DNA of 64,000 nucleotides from a virus (taxonomy: Duplodnaviria; Caudoviricetes), in IMG/VR virus record IMGVR_UViG_3300017747_002922, positions 1 through 64,000 of that record. One strand, 5' to 3'. Of this stretch, positions 26,594 through 36,761 are shown one piece after another (within the stretch, counting starts at the first letter, position 1; each line of letters opens with the position of its first letter). The notes beneath the pieces are model-generated. The model was given only the letters and a program-made list of their open reading frames with translations. It searched no databases and was not told the DNA's origin. The translations under genes and the position numbers were made by a program.

Positions 26594-29500
26594 GTGGGCA
26601 AGTACCTCGACGCTGTTCGGGCCAGTCGCGAGGCCGTCAATGCTGTTCCGGTTGCCGAGGTGCCGCCCCCTGCCGAACCGGTGCGGGTGGACGATTCGGC
26701 GCCAGCCCCGTCGTACCTTGAGCGGGTTCGGGCCAGTCGCGAAAATGTCGGCGACCGCGCCCCGACCGTCCGTGTGGATGCGTTGAAGGAAGACCTGGCC
26801 CGCGGTGGTGCCTTGCTCGCGACCGCGACCCGCGCCGAACGCAAACGCGAGGGCGCATCCGACGAAGAAGCCGACGCCGCCGCGAAGGCGATCACCGACA
26901 CCGCACTCGTCCTCGGCGACAACGCGGATTCGGGCCGGGTGCGTGAGGCGTTGGCGGCCCGCGTGGGCGTCGACACGCTCGACAAGGCGATGACGCGCGC
27001 GTTCGGTCAGCGGATCATGGAGGTCCCGTTGGCGGCCCCCACGACGATCGAGCGTCAGGCCCGGTTGCGCGAGCAGGAGCGCGAGAACCGTTCCGTCGAG
27101 AAGGGGTTGGCCGCCGCATGGAACGGCGAGGGCACCGGAGAGCGTCAGGCCGAGGAGGGGGAGATCCGCCCGTGGGTTGAGGCGGTCGATCGTCTCGGAT
27201 GGAACTCGGGCGAAGACGTGCTCACGTCGGTGTTCAGCGGCGGACTCGTCCCTGCCTACAAGTTGATCACGAACGCCCCCGAGATCGTGAAGGGGTACGC
27301 GACCGACAAGGATGTCCAGAAACTCACGGGCATGGCCGGGTCCGCGATGTCGGCTGGCGTCGCCCCCTTGCTTTCTGGCGGCGAAGACCCGTTCAGCCGG
27401 ACGATCCGCGCCATGGCCGTGTCGTCCGGACTGCCCGACGTCACCGCCGAGGGCATGGACGCGTTGGGGTTTGACTCGTACTCCGTGAGCGAGTTCGCCG
27501 ACAACGTCCACGCCAAGCCCGAGTTTGACGCCGCCGCGTACGACCTCGTGACCAAGGGCGACCGTGCCGCGTTCGAGGCGGTCCCGTTCAACAAGCTCCC
27601 CGAGATGGCGAAGGGCGAGCTTGTGGACGCCGAACGCGTGCGCGAGGCCATCCGCAACGGCACGCCCGGGTTCGAGGGGTTGGCCGGCATGGAAGGACTG
27701 CGCGACGACGTGCTGTCCACGCAGGCGTCGTTCCTGCCCGTCAGCGTCATCCGGTCGATCCAGCCAGACGCGGTCCCCGACGACCTCCGAATCAAGGACG
27801 TGTTCGCCAAGCGCGAGGCCGCAAAGCCGTGGCGCGGCGACGACATGGGGATGAGCGCGGCCCGGTTGATGAACAGCGCCCTGTTGCGCCCGGCCGGCGA
27901 TGGCAAGACGCTGATGGTGGCCCCCGGTCGCTTTCAGGAGTTGTTGCGGTTCGCCAACGCTGTGCCCGCCGCGTTGATGAACGTGGACGCGGGCACCGAC
28001 ACGCCCGTCCTGAACCTCCCGCTGGCCCTCCCGCGCGCCGCCCTGTACGCCGCCGAGGCCATGGGCGTCCCGGGTGCCGAGAACGTGCGCGGCAAGGTAG
28101 AGGCGTTCAAGGTTCCCACCACGGCCGGCGTCGAGTCCATGATCCAGTCGGGCGAGTACGACGACCTGTTGGAGTCCATGGGGTTCTTCACGTCCGACAC
28201 GTACGCGAACCGCTACGACCCCGAATCGACGTGGCTGTCCCGCACCCTGACCGAGATCGCGAACCCCGACGCCGCCGGCCAGTACCTCGGCGACACCTAC
28301 GAACGATTGGGCGGCGACCCCGAATCCACGACGGCGCGCGTGTTGGGTACCGCCGACCTTGCGGTGAACGTGCTGATGCCGGCCGAGGAACTGGCGTTGC
28401 TCCCGATCGCGAAGGCGACGGCGGCCACGAACCGGGCCCGTCGTGCCGCAAACGCCGCCCGCGAACTCGGCTTGAACGGAAAGGCCGCGCGAAAGGCTGC
28501 AAAGGAAGCGGTGTTCGTCGGTTCGGACCCTCGGCAAGCGGTCGCCGATTCGCTCACCCGCGCGTCGATCGAGGGGATCCGCGACGGCACCCTGAACCCC
28601 GCCAAGGTCCCGCTCGCCACCAAGAAGGCGATCGAGTCCGTGCTCCGCGCCGCCGGGATGCCCGAGGATCTGCTCACCGTCGAGAAGGGCCGTCCGCACG
28701 CCAAGATTTGGGATGACCTCGCCGACCGCCGCGCCCGCATCCTCGAAACGGCGGCGGACTTCGAGACGATCGGTGGCCCGGCCACGCAGAAGTTGCGCGC
28801 GTCGCCCGAGTATCGCGCGGTTGCAGATCAGTTGGACGTCTTCACGCGCACCCGTTCGATGACGCCCGACGAAGAGGCAGCGGTTGCGGCGGACGTGGCG
28901 GCGGGACGTGTGCCGAAGATGACGGGCAACCTGTCGATGCGTGATCGTGACCTCGTGTTGCGGTTCCTCGAAGCGGCGGCGTTTCGGGCAGCAGACGACG
29001 GGGTGGTCAAGTCCCCCGAAGAATACTTCGCCCGCCACTCGTGGGAGGTCGGCAAGGAGGGGGAGGCGTTGCCGGCGGGCACTCTGAACCAGACGACCAC
29101 CGTGCGTTCTGGCGAAGAGTCCATGAAGAAGTACGGGTTGGAGCCCGGCAAGAAGTACACGAATCGGCAGGTCGCGGAAGCGTTGGAGAAGCGCCAACGC
29201 GCAAAGTACGGTTCGATCGCCGCCGAGGATCGCAGTCCGGAGGCGAGGGCAAAGATCGCGAAGTGGATCCGCGACGAGGTGCTGTTCTCCATCAACAACC
29301 CCAAGAAGTCCGGGGTTGGGTGGTACTCAACCGAGTTCCAGAAGGCCCTTGACACCGTGGGTGAGCGGTTCCCCGAACTGCTGGACGATCAAGACGCGCG
29401 GGATCTGATGACCGTGCTGTTCGCCATCACCAGCGACGGGAAGTCGGTACCCGACAACCTCAAGCAAGCACTGGACTTGTACGAGGCCCGAAAGGTGACC

Positions 29501-32500
29501 GGATCGTTCACGGAGATGGGCCATTCTTCGTACAGGGACGCACTATCCGACAATCTGGCAACGCTTCAAGACCTCTACGAGTCGCGCACGCCGGCAGAAG
29601 TCCGTCAGTACCTCATGGAGGAGATTACCGTTGCGGACTACAACAAGGCGATGCGGGCAGCGGGAAAGCCTGACGAGGTCATCGACACGTATCAGGGCCA
29701 CGTACGCATCCCCCGTGCCGCCGCGGTGCTTGGCGCGAAGTTGGGCGCGTTCTACGCGAACCTCATGGGTGCTGAAGGGTACCTGACCATGGATCGGTGG
29801 TGGTCGCGGTCGTTCAACCGCTACCGCGGAACGCTCCTGTCGCATGCCACCGAAACCGGGAAGGCGCGGGTCAAGGAGATGCTTGGCAACCCCGACATGT
29901 CCGACGCGGACCTGATGACGGCAATCAAGCCGATCGTCAAGGCGTACGACAAGAGCGGGTTCAAGGACAAGACTCCCCTCAACGTGGCCGCAAACACGGT
30001 GTGGAAGAACGCGAACGAACTGGAAGATTCGCCGTTCGGTGCCCCTGACCGCACGTTCATGATCGACACCGTGAGGGAGGCACAACGCCTTCTTCGGCAG
30101 AAGGGCCACGCCATCAGTGCCGCTGACATTCAGGCCATCCTGTGGTACTACGAGAAACGCCTCTATGGAGAACTTGGTGCCCGAAACTCCCTCGACGCCG
30201 CCTACTCCGACATCGCCCGAAACGTCATCGACGCCTACAAGCGCGGAGTTCGACCCGGAACACCCGATGTGGGTGCCCCTGTCGCGCGCCAAGGCGTCGA
30301 TGTCGCCGAAGGCATGGAACGCCTTGATCGCGTCGATCCCGGCGGCCCCACCCCGGACGTAGGCGCCGAGGCATTCGACGGCGACGCCGCAAACGCTCTC
30401 GCCGCCTTGGACGATCCCGACCGCCTCCTCTCCCAAGAATCCGGCGTCACCCGCGGGTCGATCGAACGCGTGTCCCCCGAACGCGCCGCCGGCACCGACT
30501 ACGCCAAGGCCGAGATCGCCCGCCTTGTCGCCGAAGGGTCGTCCGAGGTCGCCGCCGCGATGAAGGTCCGCGACGCCCTCCCGCGTCGGATCGCAGACAT
30601 GACCGAGCGCGACCTTGGGATCCGCGACTACTTCACCGGCGGCCCCACGAAGGCGCGTACGGCACCCCGTCGTCCCGCTCGTCCTGATCCGCTTGCAGAT
30701 CCCGCCGTTGTCGCGGCACAACGCGAACTTGACGCGGCGACTGCTGCACGTCAGGCCATTGCCGCCGAGGCGTTGGCGCGCGGCGAGAAACCGTGGTCGT
30801 TCCCGCCGTCGCCCGAGATGCGCGCGGCGGACGATGTGGTGGAGCGTGCCTACACGCGCCACATGCTCGCGTTGGACCGAGCCAAGTCCGTGCTTCGGTC
30901 GGAAGAGGGCGGCGTCGTTCGCGGGACGATTGAGAGGGTGCCGAGCGATGCCCCCGCCCGTGTCCTGCCCTCGCAGTACGGCGTCACCCCCGAGGATCTG
31001 AACCAGACGTCGAAGGGGATCCCCTACCTCTCCATCACGGTTCAGGACGTGGACACGGACGGAATCAGCATGGAACTGATGTCCGCAGATGGCAGGGCCA
31101 CGCCCATGCGCGTTCGGCCCGATGCCGTGGATGCCGAGTTTGGGGAGCGTGTCGGCACGCACATCCGCGACGCGGTGCGCCGGTTTGAGCGCACTGGCGA
31201 CAACGTCGAAATCCACCCAGAAGGCGAACTGATCTCCCGGCTGTTCACCAACCCAGACGGCGCACCGGACCATGTCGACGTCCGCACGATGCTGAAAGCC
31301 GTTGTGGACATCGCCGACGAGACGGACGACATTCTGGCCGCAGAACTCGCGCGCAACCTGCTCGACAACGCTGATTCCGACCTGTTCGCGCGCACATCCG
31401 TCGAACTCGTCCCGTACGACGGCGAGAACGTGGGGGCGTACTACGACGGGATGGTCACTCTCACGAGGGACGTGGGGCCCCGCGTCGCGCTCCATGAGGC
31501 CGCCCACGCCGCGACCTACCGCATCCTTCATGCCGACCCTGCGACCCTCTCGGAAGCAGGGCGCACCGCCGTTCGCCGGCTGAACGAGTTGTACGACGAG
31601 GTCAAGGCATCGGGTCGTATTCCGAAGGCCGAATACGGGTTTACCAACATCGATGAGTTCGTGGCCGAGGCATACAGTAACGACGAATTTCAGTCGTGGT
31701 TGCGATCGGTTCCGGTCGCGGGTAGCTCTCGGTCGTTGTGGGACGCGTTCGTTGAGACGATCTCGGAATGGCTTGGGTTGTCCAGTTCCGACGCGTTCGC
31801 GCACGTTATGGCGAACACGCAGATCGTGATCCGGGAACGACCGAGCGGTGCGACTGCGACACCGTCGGCCCCGCTGTTCTCGCGCAAGGGCGACACGATC
31901 CGCGGCGCAATCTCGCCCGACGCCCGCACCGTCACCGTGGACAACCCCGAGTACGCCGCGTGGGTCGCGAGGGAGGCCGCGCTTTCGGCCGAGGTTGACG
32001 CGCTTCGGGACGCGCCCGCCGCCGTGGGTGCCGAGGTCCCAAACCCCGCCTACCCCGATGCGGTCAAGCAAGTTCAGGCCACCGACGCCGAGATCCGCGA
32101 CATCAAGCAGCAGGCATCGCGCGCGTTCGGCGTCAACCCGGCGTGGACGGCGTGGGAAGCCGAGATCCCCCGGCTGGCGAACGACCCCGAGGCGTTGGGT
32201 CGGCACATGGCCGCGCAACCCCCGAAGTCCGCGCAGCACGTCAACAACGCCCTGATTGCGCAGAAAGAGGCGGACCTTGCGGCGTTGCGGGCGAACATCC
32301 CGCCGAAGACGCTGACGCAACCCGCGCCTGTTGACCCCGCCATCGCCGCGCGCGAGGCCGACCTTGCCGCGACCCGTGCCGCCGAACCGCCACGGACGGT
32401 CACGAAGCCCGACGACGTGTCTCGCTGGCTGCTCAAGTTGTTCCGCACGGGCGACGTCAAGACCGCGCTTCACGAGGGCACGCACCTCCTCGACCTGATG

Positions 32501-35500
32501 ATGGGCGAGGAGTGGACGCGCAAAGCGATGGAGGCCCTTGGCTACGACCCGACGGGGCCGATCACGACGGAGGTTCGGGAGCGCATCGCCGAAGCGGGAA
32601 CGCGTGCGCTTCGGGGCACGTTGCGGCCCGGAACCGTGCTCGGGAACGTCATGGAGGACTTGCGCGACACCGTGGGCGACGTGTGGCGGCGGGTCAAGCG
32701 TGAACCCGCGGTGACGACGCCCGCGTTCCGGAAGTTGTGGGACAAGACCTTTGCGCCCGACGACGCCGAGATGATGGTGGCCGCGCACCTTGTCGACCAG
32801 CACGGCACGGGTCCGTTGGGGCGCGTGGTGACGACGAGCGGCAACGTGGCCGAGGAGATCCGCGAGGGTGCCCAACGCGCCGCGGGCCAGGCCGAGAACG
32901 CCGCCAACGTGATGCGCGCCAATCAGGAGGTGCGGCAGGCGTTGGGCCTCACCAACGACATGGACACGATCGCGGTCGGCGACCTGTTGGGGCGCGCGCT
33001 TGCCTACACCGCCACGACGCACGCCCTTCGCGGGTGGGGGTTTGGTGACCTTGAAGGACTGACGGCGCGGACGGCGGTTCCGGCGGTACGTGCGAAGCGG
33101 ATCCGCAACGAGGTAGCCGCGTACCGAAAGGCGGTCCTCGGAGGCAAAGATGCCCCGGTCCCGACGCTGGTGGACGGGCGCGAAGTGTTCATGCTCAACC
33201 GCGACCAGCAGGCCGGCGTGCGTCGGATGCTCGCGGACCTCGCCAACGAACCCGTGAGTGTCGACCTTCCCGAGCGGTTGCAGGACCCCCGCGCCGACCT
33301 TTCGCAGATCACCCGCGAAGAGTGGGCGAACATCGCGGATCGTCAGTTGGAGGTCCGGGCGGGTGCGGGTGCATGGCGCGACCGTCTCGCCGAACGGGCC
33401 GCCGTGTCCGCCGGGGTGCGCTTCGGGCAGATGGCGATGGACGCCGCCCGCAACCAGCAAAGCGCCGTGTCCGCGGAGGCCAACGCGCTTCGGGACGCGT
33501 TCGTCACCACGATCGCCGCCGACGAGTACCTGAACCCGGCGACGCGCGAAGTGCTGAAGTCGGTGGCGCGCGAGATTGGCGAGTCGGGTTCGCGCGTGAA
33601 GAACGCCGTGATCAAAGCCATGAACGGCGGCGAGAAGGCGTGGGCGGAAGCGTTCAAGGACGTGGCCGCCGCGCTTCCCCCCGAAGTGGTGCCGGTCGAA
33701 GAACTCCGCACGCTTCGGCGCGTGGAACCCCTCGCGACCGCGGACACGTTTGAGCAGGTGGCGACGGGTGCGCCCGAGATTCAACGCCTGTTCACGAACG
33801 CGCCGCTGGGCGACACCGAGCAGACCGTACAGGAGTGGGCGGGGTTGACCGTCATCGACCGCGTGAACTGGCGTGTGCGCGAGGACGGGATGGACTTCAC
33901 CGCCGCGATCTCGGACGCCGGCTACACGCTGGATGAGGTCAACGACGCGATGGCCCGCGTACAGGAGGGCATCAAGCGCCGTGTCGCCGTGTTCGACAAC
34001 CGCGCGAGCGAGATCATGCACGCGTTCGCCGGAAGTGACGACGCGCAGGTGTTCGCCGGAATGGATCCCGCACGGTTGGCGGCGGCCAAGTACCGTGCGT
34101 ACGAGTCGTGGTACACGGGCGATTGGGCGGACAACCTGTTGCTCAACACCGAACTTGGGCAGGCTGCACGCGGCCCCGTCTACGATCAGGGCATGGCGGT
34201 CCTCAACGTCCTGACCCGCCTCGAAGCGGCGAAGGTGCGGGCATCGCTCGCGCGCAGGCTTGCGGACGTGGGCGTGGTCGCGGATCCGACGTCGTTCCTT
34301 CGCGGCGGGGTGCGCCTTGACCGGCCCTACGTGTTCGGGTCGGCGGCGAACGACGTGGAGGCAATCACGGGCGAGGCGTACAAGCAGGACGTGATGCACT
34401 ACCTCGCGGCGTTTACGGGTTGGAAGGTGACGTCCACGAACCGCCTGCCGACCATGGAGACGGAGGGGGTGTTTGTCCCGGGCACAGGGATGCGCGCGGC
34501 GTCAGGGTCGGTCAACAAGGCCGCCGCTTCCGACGCGCTCCGCATGATCCAGTCGTGGGGCATGAAGATGGGCAAGGGGTCGGAGTGGGAGACGATCACC
34601 CTTCCCGACGGCGGGCAGATCGTGATGCCGACCATGTTCCGCGAACCGATCGAGAAGGCGTTGGCGGACTCGGCGCCGCTTGGGGGTGCATTCACGAGCG
34701 GGCCGCCGAAGCTCGGCAACATCGTGCCCGGCACCGACGAACCGATCGCCGCCCACTACCGCGCCGTCAACGCCGCCCTGACCATGCTCGGGACCGCCTA
34801 CCAGTATTCGTTCGGGATGCTGAAGACCGGACTGACGACGGGCATGGGTCCGTTGATCCGGCCGGCGTTCTTCATGGGGCAGTTCATCGGCGGCATGGGG
34901 CAGTTGTACCAGGGCGTCGGGGCGATCAAGGCGTTGGAGATCATGGCCCGTCCGCTGTTGCCGACCGCCGAGGGCCGCATGACGCGCGCTGTCATCGCCA
35001 GGATGTGGAACAACGGCGCGGGGTTGACCGGGACCGGGGCGATGATGCCGGCCGAACTCGGGCGCTTCGATGTGGTCGGGCGGTGGCACTCGGATCAGTC
35101 GCTCGCGTCGGGTGCGTCGCGAGCGGGGCTCAACTCGTCCTTGGTAAAGACCGAGTTCGCGCAGAGCATCGCCGAGGATATCAAGGCGGCCGAACCGACG
35201 TTGTGGAACCGCCTCATGGACTCGCCGAAGCTGAAGGCCGCCGCGGGTGCCGTCATCGGTGGCGCAGTCGCGGGGCTCGGGGGTGCCGTTGTCGGTGCGG
35301 GGGCGTTCGCGTCCTTGTCGCGGACGTGGCAGGACTTCTTCCGCGAGGCCGCGACCGGGATCGACAACTACTACCGGGTGTCGACCTACATCGGTGAGGT
35401 GCTCCGCGGCGTCCCCGAGGAGCAGGCGGCCGAACTCGCGCGCCGTGTCGCGTTCGACTACAACAACGTCACCGAGTTTGAGAAGAACTACCTGCGCAAG

Positions 35501-36445
35501 GGCGTGTTGTTCTACTCGTTCCAGCGCAACAATCAAAACCTGTTCTGGTGGACGCTCCTGAACCACCCGTCGCGCATCATGGTCCAACTGCGCGCGCTTC
35601 GGGGGGCGCAACAGGAGAACTTCGGCGAGGACGCGGAGTTGTTCGCGCCGACGTGGGGGGAGGGCCGGGTGCCGTTCCGGTTCCGCCCGGCGTTCGAGGC
35701 AGGGCACGCCGACCGCGCCACGCAAGGCGCCGTCACGCTGACGCCCCGGTTGTCGATCGCGGACGCCGTCGGGTTGTGGCAGTCGCTCCTTGGGGTGACG
35801 ACCGAGCTTGACCCGTCCGCCGCCGGGGACCTCGCGTCGAAGCTGAACCCGTGGATCCAGTTGTCGTTCGTGATGTCGACGGGGCAGGACATTCACTGGC
35901 AGCGGTCGATCGAGGGGTTCAACACGATCCCCAACTGGTTCGTCGAGATGGACGAGAACCTGACCGGCGGGATGGTCGTCAACGACCTCTTCGGCAAGAT
36001 CCCCGCGCAGTACCGCAACCCGTCGCAGGAGGGTTACCCGGGCGCCCCGCAGTGGATCGTCAAGCCCGACGGCCCGCACTCCCGCGCGTGGTGGGTGTTC
36101 CGGCAGATGACGATGGGCGGGGCCATGCTCGACACGATCACCGCCATGCAGCGCGCGGACTTCGGCGACACGCTGATTGAGGGCGGCATCGTGCAGAAGG
36201 GCGTCGACCTGTCGCGGGAGGTCGCACGGGCAGACGGGCGCGAACCCCTGCGCAACGAGCCCGACACCGAGATGGCGCGGTCAGGGTTGACCGAAGCGGA
36301 GGAACTCGGGTCGTGGCTCGGGTTCAAACCGGTTCAGGTGCTCGACCGGGACCAGGCCCTCGCGCCCCTCATTCAGCGTCGCGAGTCCGAGCAGAACGCG
36401 AAGATGCGCACCCTCAAGAAAGAGGGCGAGCGGACCTACCACTAA
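26594..36445 (+). CDS. Giant (3283-aa) polyvalent internal virion/ejection protein
   Basis: One uninterrupted ORF with GGAGG RBS; two HExxH motifs; HhH-like domain; C-terminal AELARRVAFDYNNVTEFEKNYLRKGVLFYSF segment typical of large ejection proteins. Confidence 0.9.
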   Translation: MGKYLDAVRASREAVNAVPVAEVPPPAEPVRVDDSAPAPSYLERVRASRENVGDRAPTVRVDALKEDLARGGALLATATRAERKREGASDEEADAAAKAITDTALVLGDNADSGRVREALAARVGVDTLDKAMTRAFGQRIMEVPLAAPTTIERQARLREQERENRSVEKGLAAAWNGEGTGERQAEEGEIRPWVEAVDRLGWNSGEDVLTSVFSGGLVPAYKLITNAPEIVKGYATDKDVQKLTGMAGSAMSAGVAPLLSGGEDPFSRTIRAMAVSSGLPDVTAEGMDALGFDSYSVSEFADNVHAKPEFDAAAYDLVTKGDRAAFEAVPFNKLPEMAKGELVDAERVREAIRNGTPGFEGLAGMEGLRDDVLSTQASFLPVSVIRSIQPDAVPDDLRIKDVFAKREAAKPWRGDDMGMSAARLMNSALLRPAGDGKTLMVAPGRFQELLRFANAVPAALMNVDAGTDTPVLNLPLALPRAALYAAEAMGVPGAENVRGKVEAFKVPTTAGVESMIQSGEYDDLLESMGFFTSDTYANRYDPESTWLSRTLTEIANPDAAGQYLGDTYERLGGDPESTTARVLGTADLAVNVLMPAEELALLPIAKATAATNRARRAANAARELGLNGKAARKAAKEAVFVGSDPRQAVADSLTRASIEGIRDGTLNPAKVPLATKKAIESVLRAAGMPEDLLTVEKGRPHAKIWDDLADRRARILETAADFETIGGPATQKLRASPEYRAVADQLDVFTRTRSMTPDEEAAVAADVAAGRVPKMTGNLSMRDRDLVLRFLEAAAFRAADDGVVKSPEEYFARHSWEVGKEGEALPAGTLNQTTTVRSGEESMKKYGLEPGKKYTNRQVAEALEKRQRAKYGSIAAEDRSPEARAKIAKWIRDEVLFSINNPKKSGVGWYSTEFQKALDTVGERFPELLDDQDARDLMTVLFAITSDGKSVPDNLKQALDLYEARKVTGSFTEMGHSSYRDALSDNLATLQDLYESRTPAEVRQYLMEEITVADYNKAMRAAGKPDEVIDTYQGHVRIPRAAAVLGAKLGAFYANLMGAEGYLTMDRWWSRSFNRYRGTLLSHATETGKARVKEMLGNPDMSDADLMTAIKPIVKAYDKSGFKDKTPLNVAANTVWKNANELEDSPFGAPDRTFMIDTVREAQRLLRQKGHAISAADIQAILWYYEKRLYGELGARNSLDAAYSDIARNVIDAYKRGVRPGTPDVGAPVARQGVDVAEGMERLDRVDPGGPTPDVGAEAFDGDAANALAALDDPDRLLSQESGVTRGSIERVSPERAAGTDYAKAEIARLVAEGSSEVAAAMKVRDALPRRIADMTERDLGIRDYFTGGPTKARTAPRRPARPDPLADPAVVAAQRELDAATAARQAIAAEALARGEKPWSFPPSPEMRAADDVVERAYTRHMLALDRAKSVLRSEEGGVVRGTIERVPSDAPARVLPSQYGVTPEDLNQTSKGIPYLSITVQDVDTDGISMELMSADGRATPMRVRPDAVDAEFGERVGTHIRDAVRRFERTGDNVEIHPEGELISRLFTNPDGAPDHVDVRTMLKAVVDIADETDDILAAELARNLLDNADSDLFARTSVELVPYDGENVGAYYDGMVTLTRDVGPRVALHEAAHAATYRILHADPATLSEAGRTAVRRLNELYDEVKASGRIPKAEYGFTNIDEFVAEAYSNDEFQSWLRSVPVAGSSRSLWDAFVETISEWLGLSSSDAFAHVMANTQIVIRERPSGATATPSAPLFSRKGDTIRGAISPDARTVTVDNPEYAAWVAREAALSAEVDALRDAPAAVGAEVPNPAYPDAVKQVQATDAEIRDIKQQASRAFGVNPAWTAWEAEIPRLANDPEALGRHMAAQPPKSAQHVNNALIAQKEADLAALRANIPPKTLTQPAPVDPAIAAREADLAATRAAEPPRTVTKPDDVSRWLLKLFRTGDVKTALHEGTHLLDLMMGEEWTRKAMEALGYDPTGPITTEVRERIAEAGTRALRGTLRPGTVLGNVMEDLRDTVGDVWRRVKREPAVTTPAFRKLWDKTFAPDDAEMMVAAHLVDQHGTGPLGRVVTTSGNVAEEIREGAQRAAGQAENAANVMRANQEVRQALGLTNDMDTIAVGDLLGRALAYTATTHALRGWGFGDLEGLTARTAVPAVRAKRIRNEVAAYRKAVLGGKDAPVPTLVDGREVFMLNRDQQAGVRRMLADLANEPVSVDLPERLQDPRADLSQITREEWANIADRQLEVRAGAGAWRDRLAERAAVSAGVRFGQMAMDAARNQQSAVSAEANALRDAFVTTIAADEYLNPATREVLKSVAREIGESGSRVKNAVIKAMNGGEKAWAEAFKDVAAALPPEVVPVEELRTLRRVEPLATADTFEQVATGAPEIQRLFTNAPLGDTEQTVQEWAGLTVIDRVNWRVREDGMDFTAAISDAGYTLDEVNDAMARVQEGIKRRVAVFDNRASEIMHAFAGSDDAQVFAGMDPARLAAAKYRAYESWYTGDWADNLLLNTELGQAARGPVYDQGMAVLNVLTRLEAAKVRASLARRLADVGVVADPTSFLRGGVRLDRPYVFGSAANDVEAITGEAYKQDVMHYLAAFTGWKVTSTNRLPTMETEGVFVPGTGMRAASGSVNKAAASDALRMIQSWGMKMGKGSEWETITLPDGGQIVMPTMFREPIEKALADSAPLGGAFTSGPPKLGNIVPGTDEPIAAHYRAVNAALTMLGTAYQYSFGMLKTGLTTGMGPLIRPAFFMGQFIGGMGQLYQGVGAIKALEIMARPLLPTAEGRMTRAVIARMWNNGAGLTGTGAMMPAELGRFDVVGRWHSDQSLASGASRAGLNSSLVKTEFAQSIAEDIKAAEPTLWNRLMDSPKLKAAAGAVIGGAVAGLGGAVVGAGAFASLSRTWQDFFREAATGIDNYYRVSTYIGEVLRGVPEEQAAELARRVAFDYNNVTEFEKNYLRKGVLFYSFQRNNQNLFWWTLLNHPSRIMVQLRALRGAQQENFGEDAELFAPTWGEGRVPFRFRPAFEAGHADRATQGAVTLTPRLSIADAVGLWQSLLGVTTELDPSAAGDLASKLNPWIQLSFVMSTGQDIHWQRSIEGFNTIPNWFVEMDENLTGGMVVNDLFGKIPAQYRNPSQEGYPGAPQWIVKPDGPHSRAWWVFRQMTMGGAMLDTITAMQRADFGDTLIEGGIVQKGVDLSREVARADGREPLRNEPDTEMARSGLTEAEELGSWLGFKPVQVLDRDQALAPLIQRRESEQNAKMRTLKKEGERTYH
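29111..30240 (+). other. HhH-GPD/EndoIII-OGG-like DNA glycosylase-type domain within the giant protein (aa ~840-1215)
   Basis: Ordered motifs GWY, FAITSDG, GAKLGAFYANL, LTMDRWWSR, ADIQAILW. Confidence 0.6.
31300..31790 (+). other. Zincin metallopeptidase domain (polyvalent-protein MPTase type) within the giant protein
   Basis: GAYYDG...VALHEAAHAA (31493-31507), then YGFTNIDEFVAEAYSN and LWDAFVETI. Confidence 0.8.
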
Positions 36446-36684
36446 GGCCCGCGGTCCAGTGGGTCGGGCCGGTCGCCGAAGACGATCCAGTCCGGGGCGA
36501 AGGCGTAGACGCGCGACAAACGCACGAGCCATTCCGCCGTAAGCCGCTTGTCGGTCGTCTCCAGTTGCCCGATCCAACGCCGGCTAACCCCGAAGCGCGC
36601 GGCGACCTGCGATTGCGTCAGGCCCGACCGTTCGCGTGCTTGGCGTAGGCGGGTGGCGATCGTGACGGGTTGGTCAGGAACCAT
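36442..36684 (-). CDS. XRE-family helix-turn-helix regulator, convergent with the giant gene
   Basis: IATRLRQARERSGLTQSQVAARFGVSRRWIGQLE. Confidence 0.85.
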   Translation of the reverse strand: MVPDQPVTIATRLRQARERSGLTQSQVAARFGVSRRWIGQLETTDKRLTAEWLVRLSRVYAFAPDWIVFGDRPDPLDRGP

Positions 36685-36761
36685 AGTCGGTTCCCTAACC
36701 CCAGCGGGCCCGGTCGCGCCAACGGGCCAACGGGTACAACTGCCGAGTCAGGAGATTTCAC

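Noticed and set aside
30371-30385. AFDGD in the giant protein, resembling the RNA polymerase NADFDGD motif (virion RNAP idea)
   Set aside because: The first Asp is missing, it lies in a low-complexity linker, and I saw no other double-psi-barrel motifs.
29543-34399. Very long minus-strand ORFs (also 6607-9360, 8939-11497, 14769-16505, 23709-26216, 25748-29197, 34502-36079, 53555-55255)
   Set aside because: Antisense shadows of real high-GC genes; R/G/V/H-rich with no RBS or motifs.
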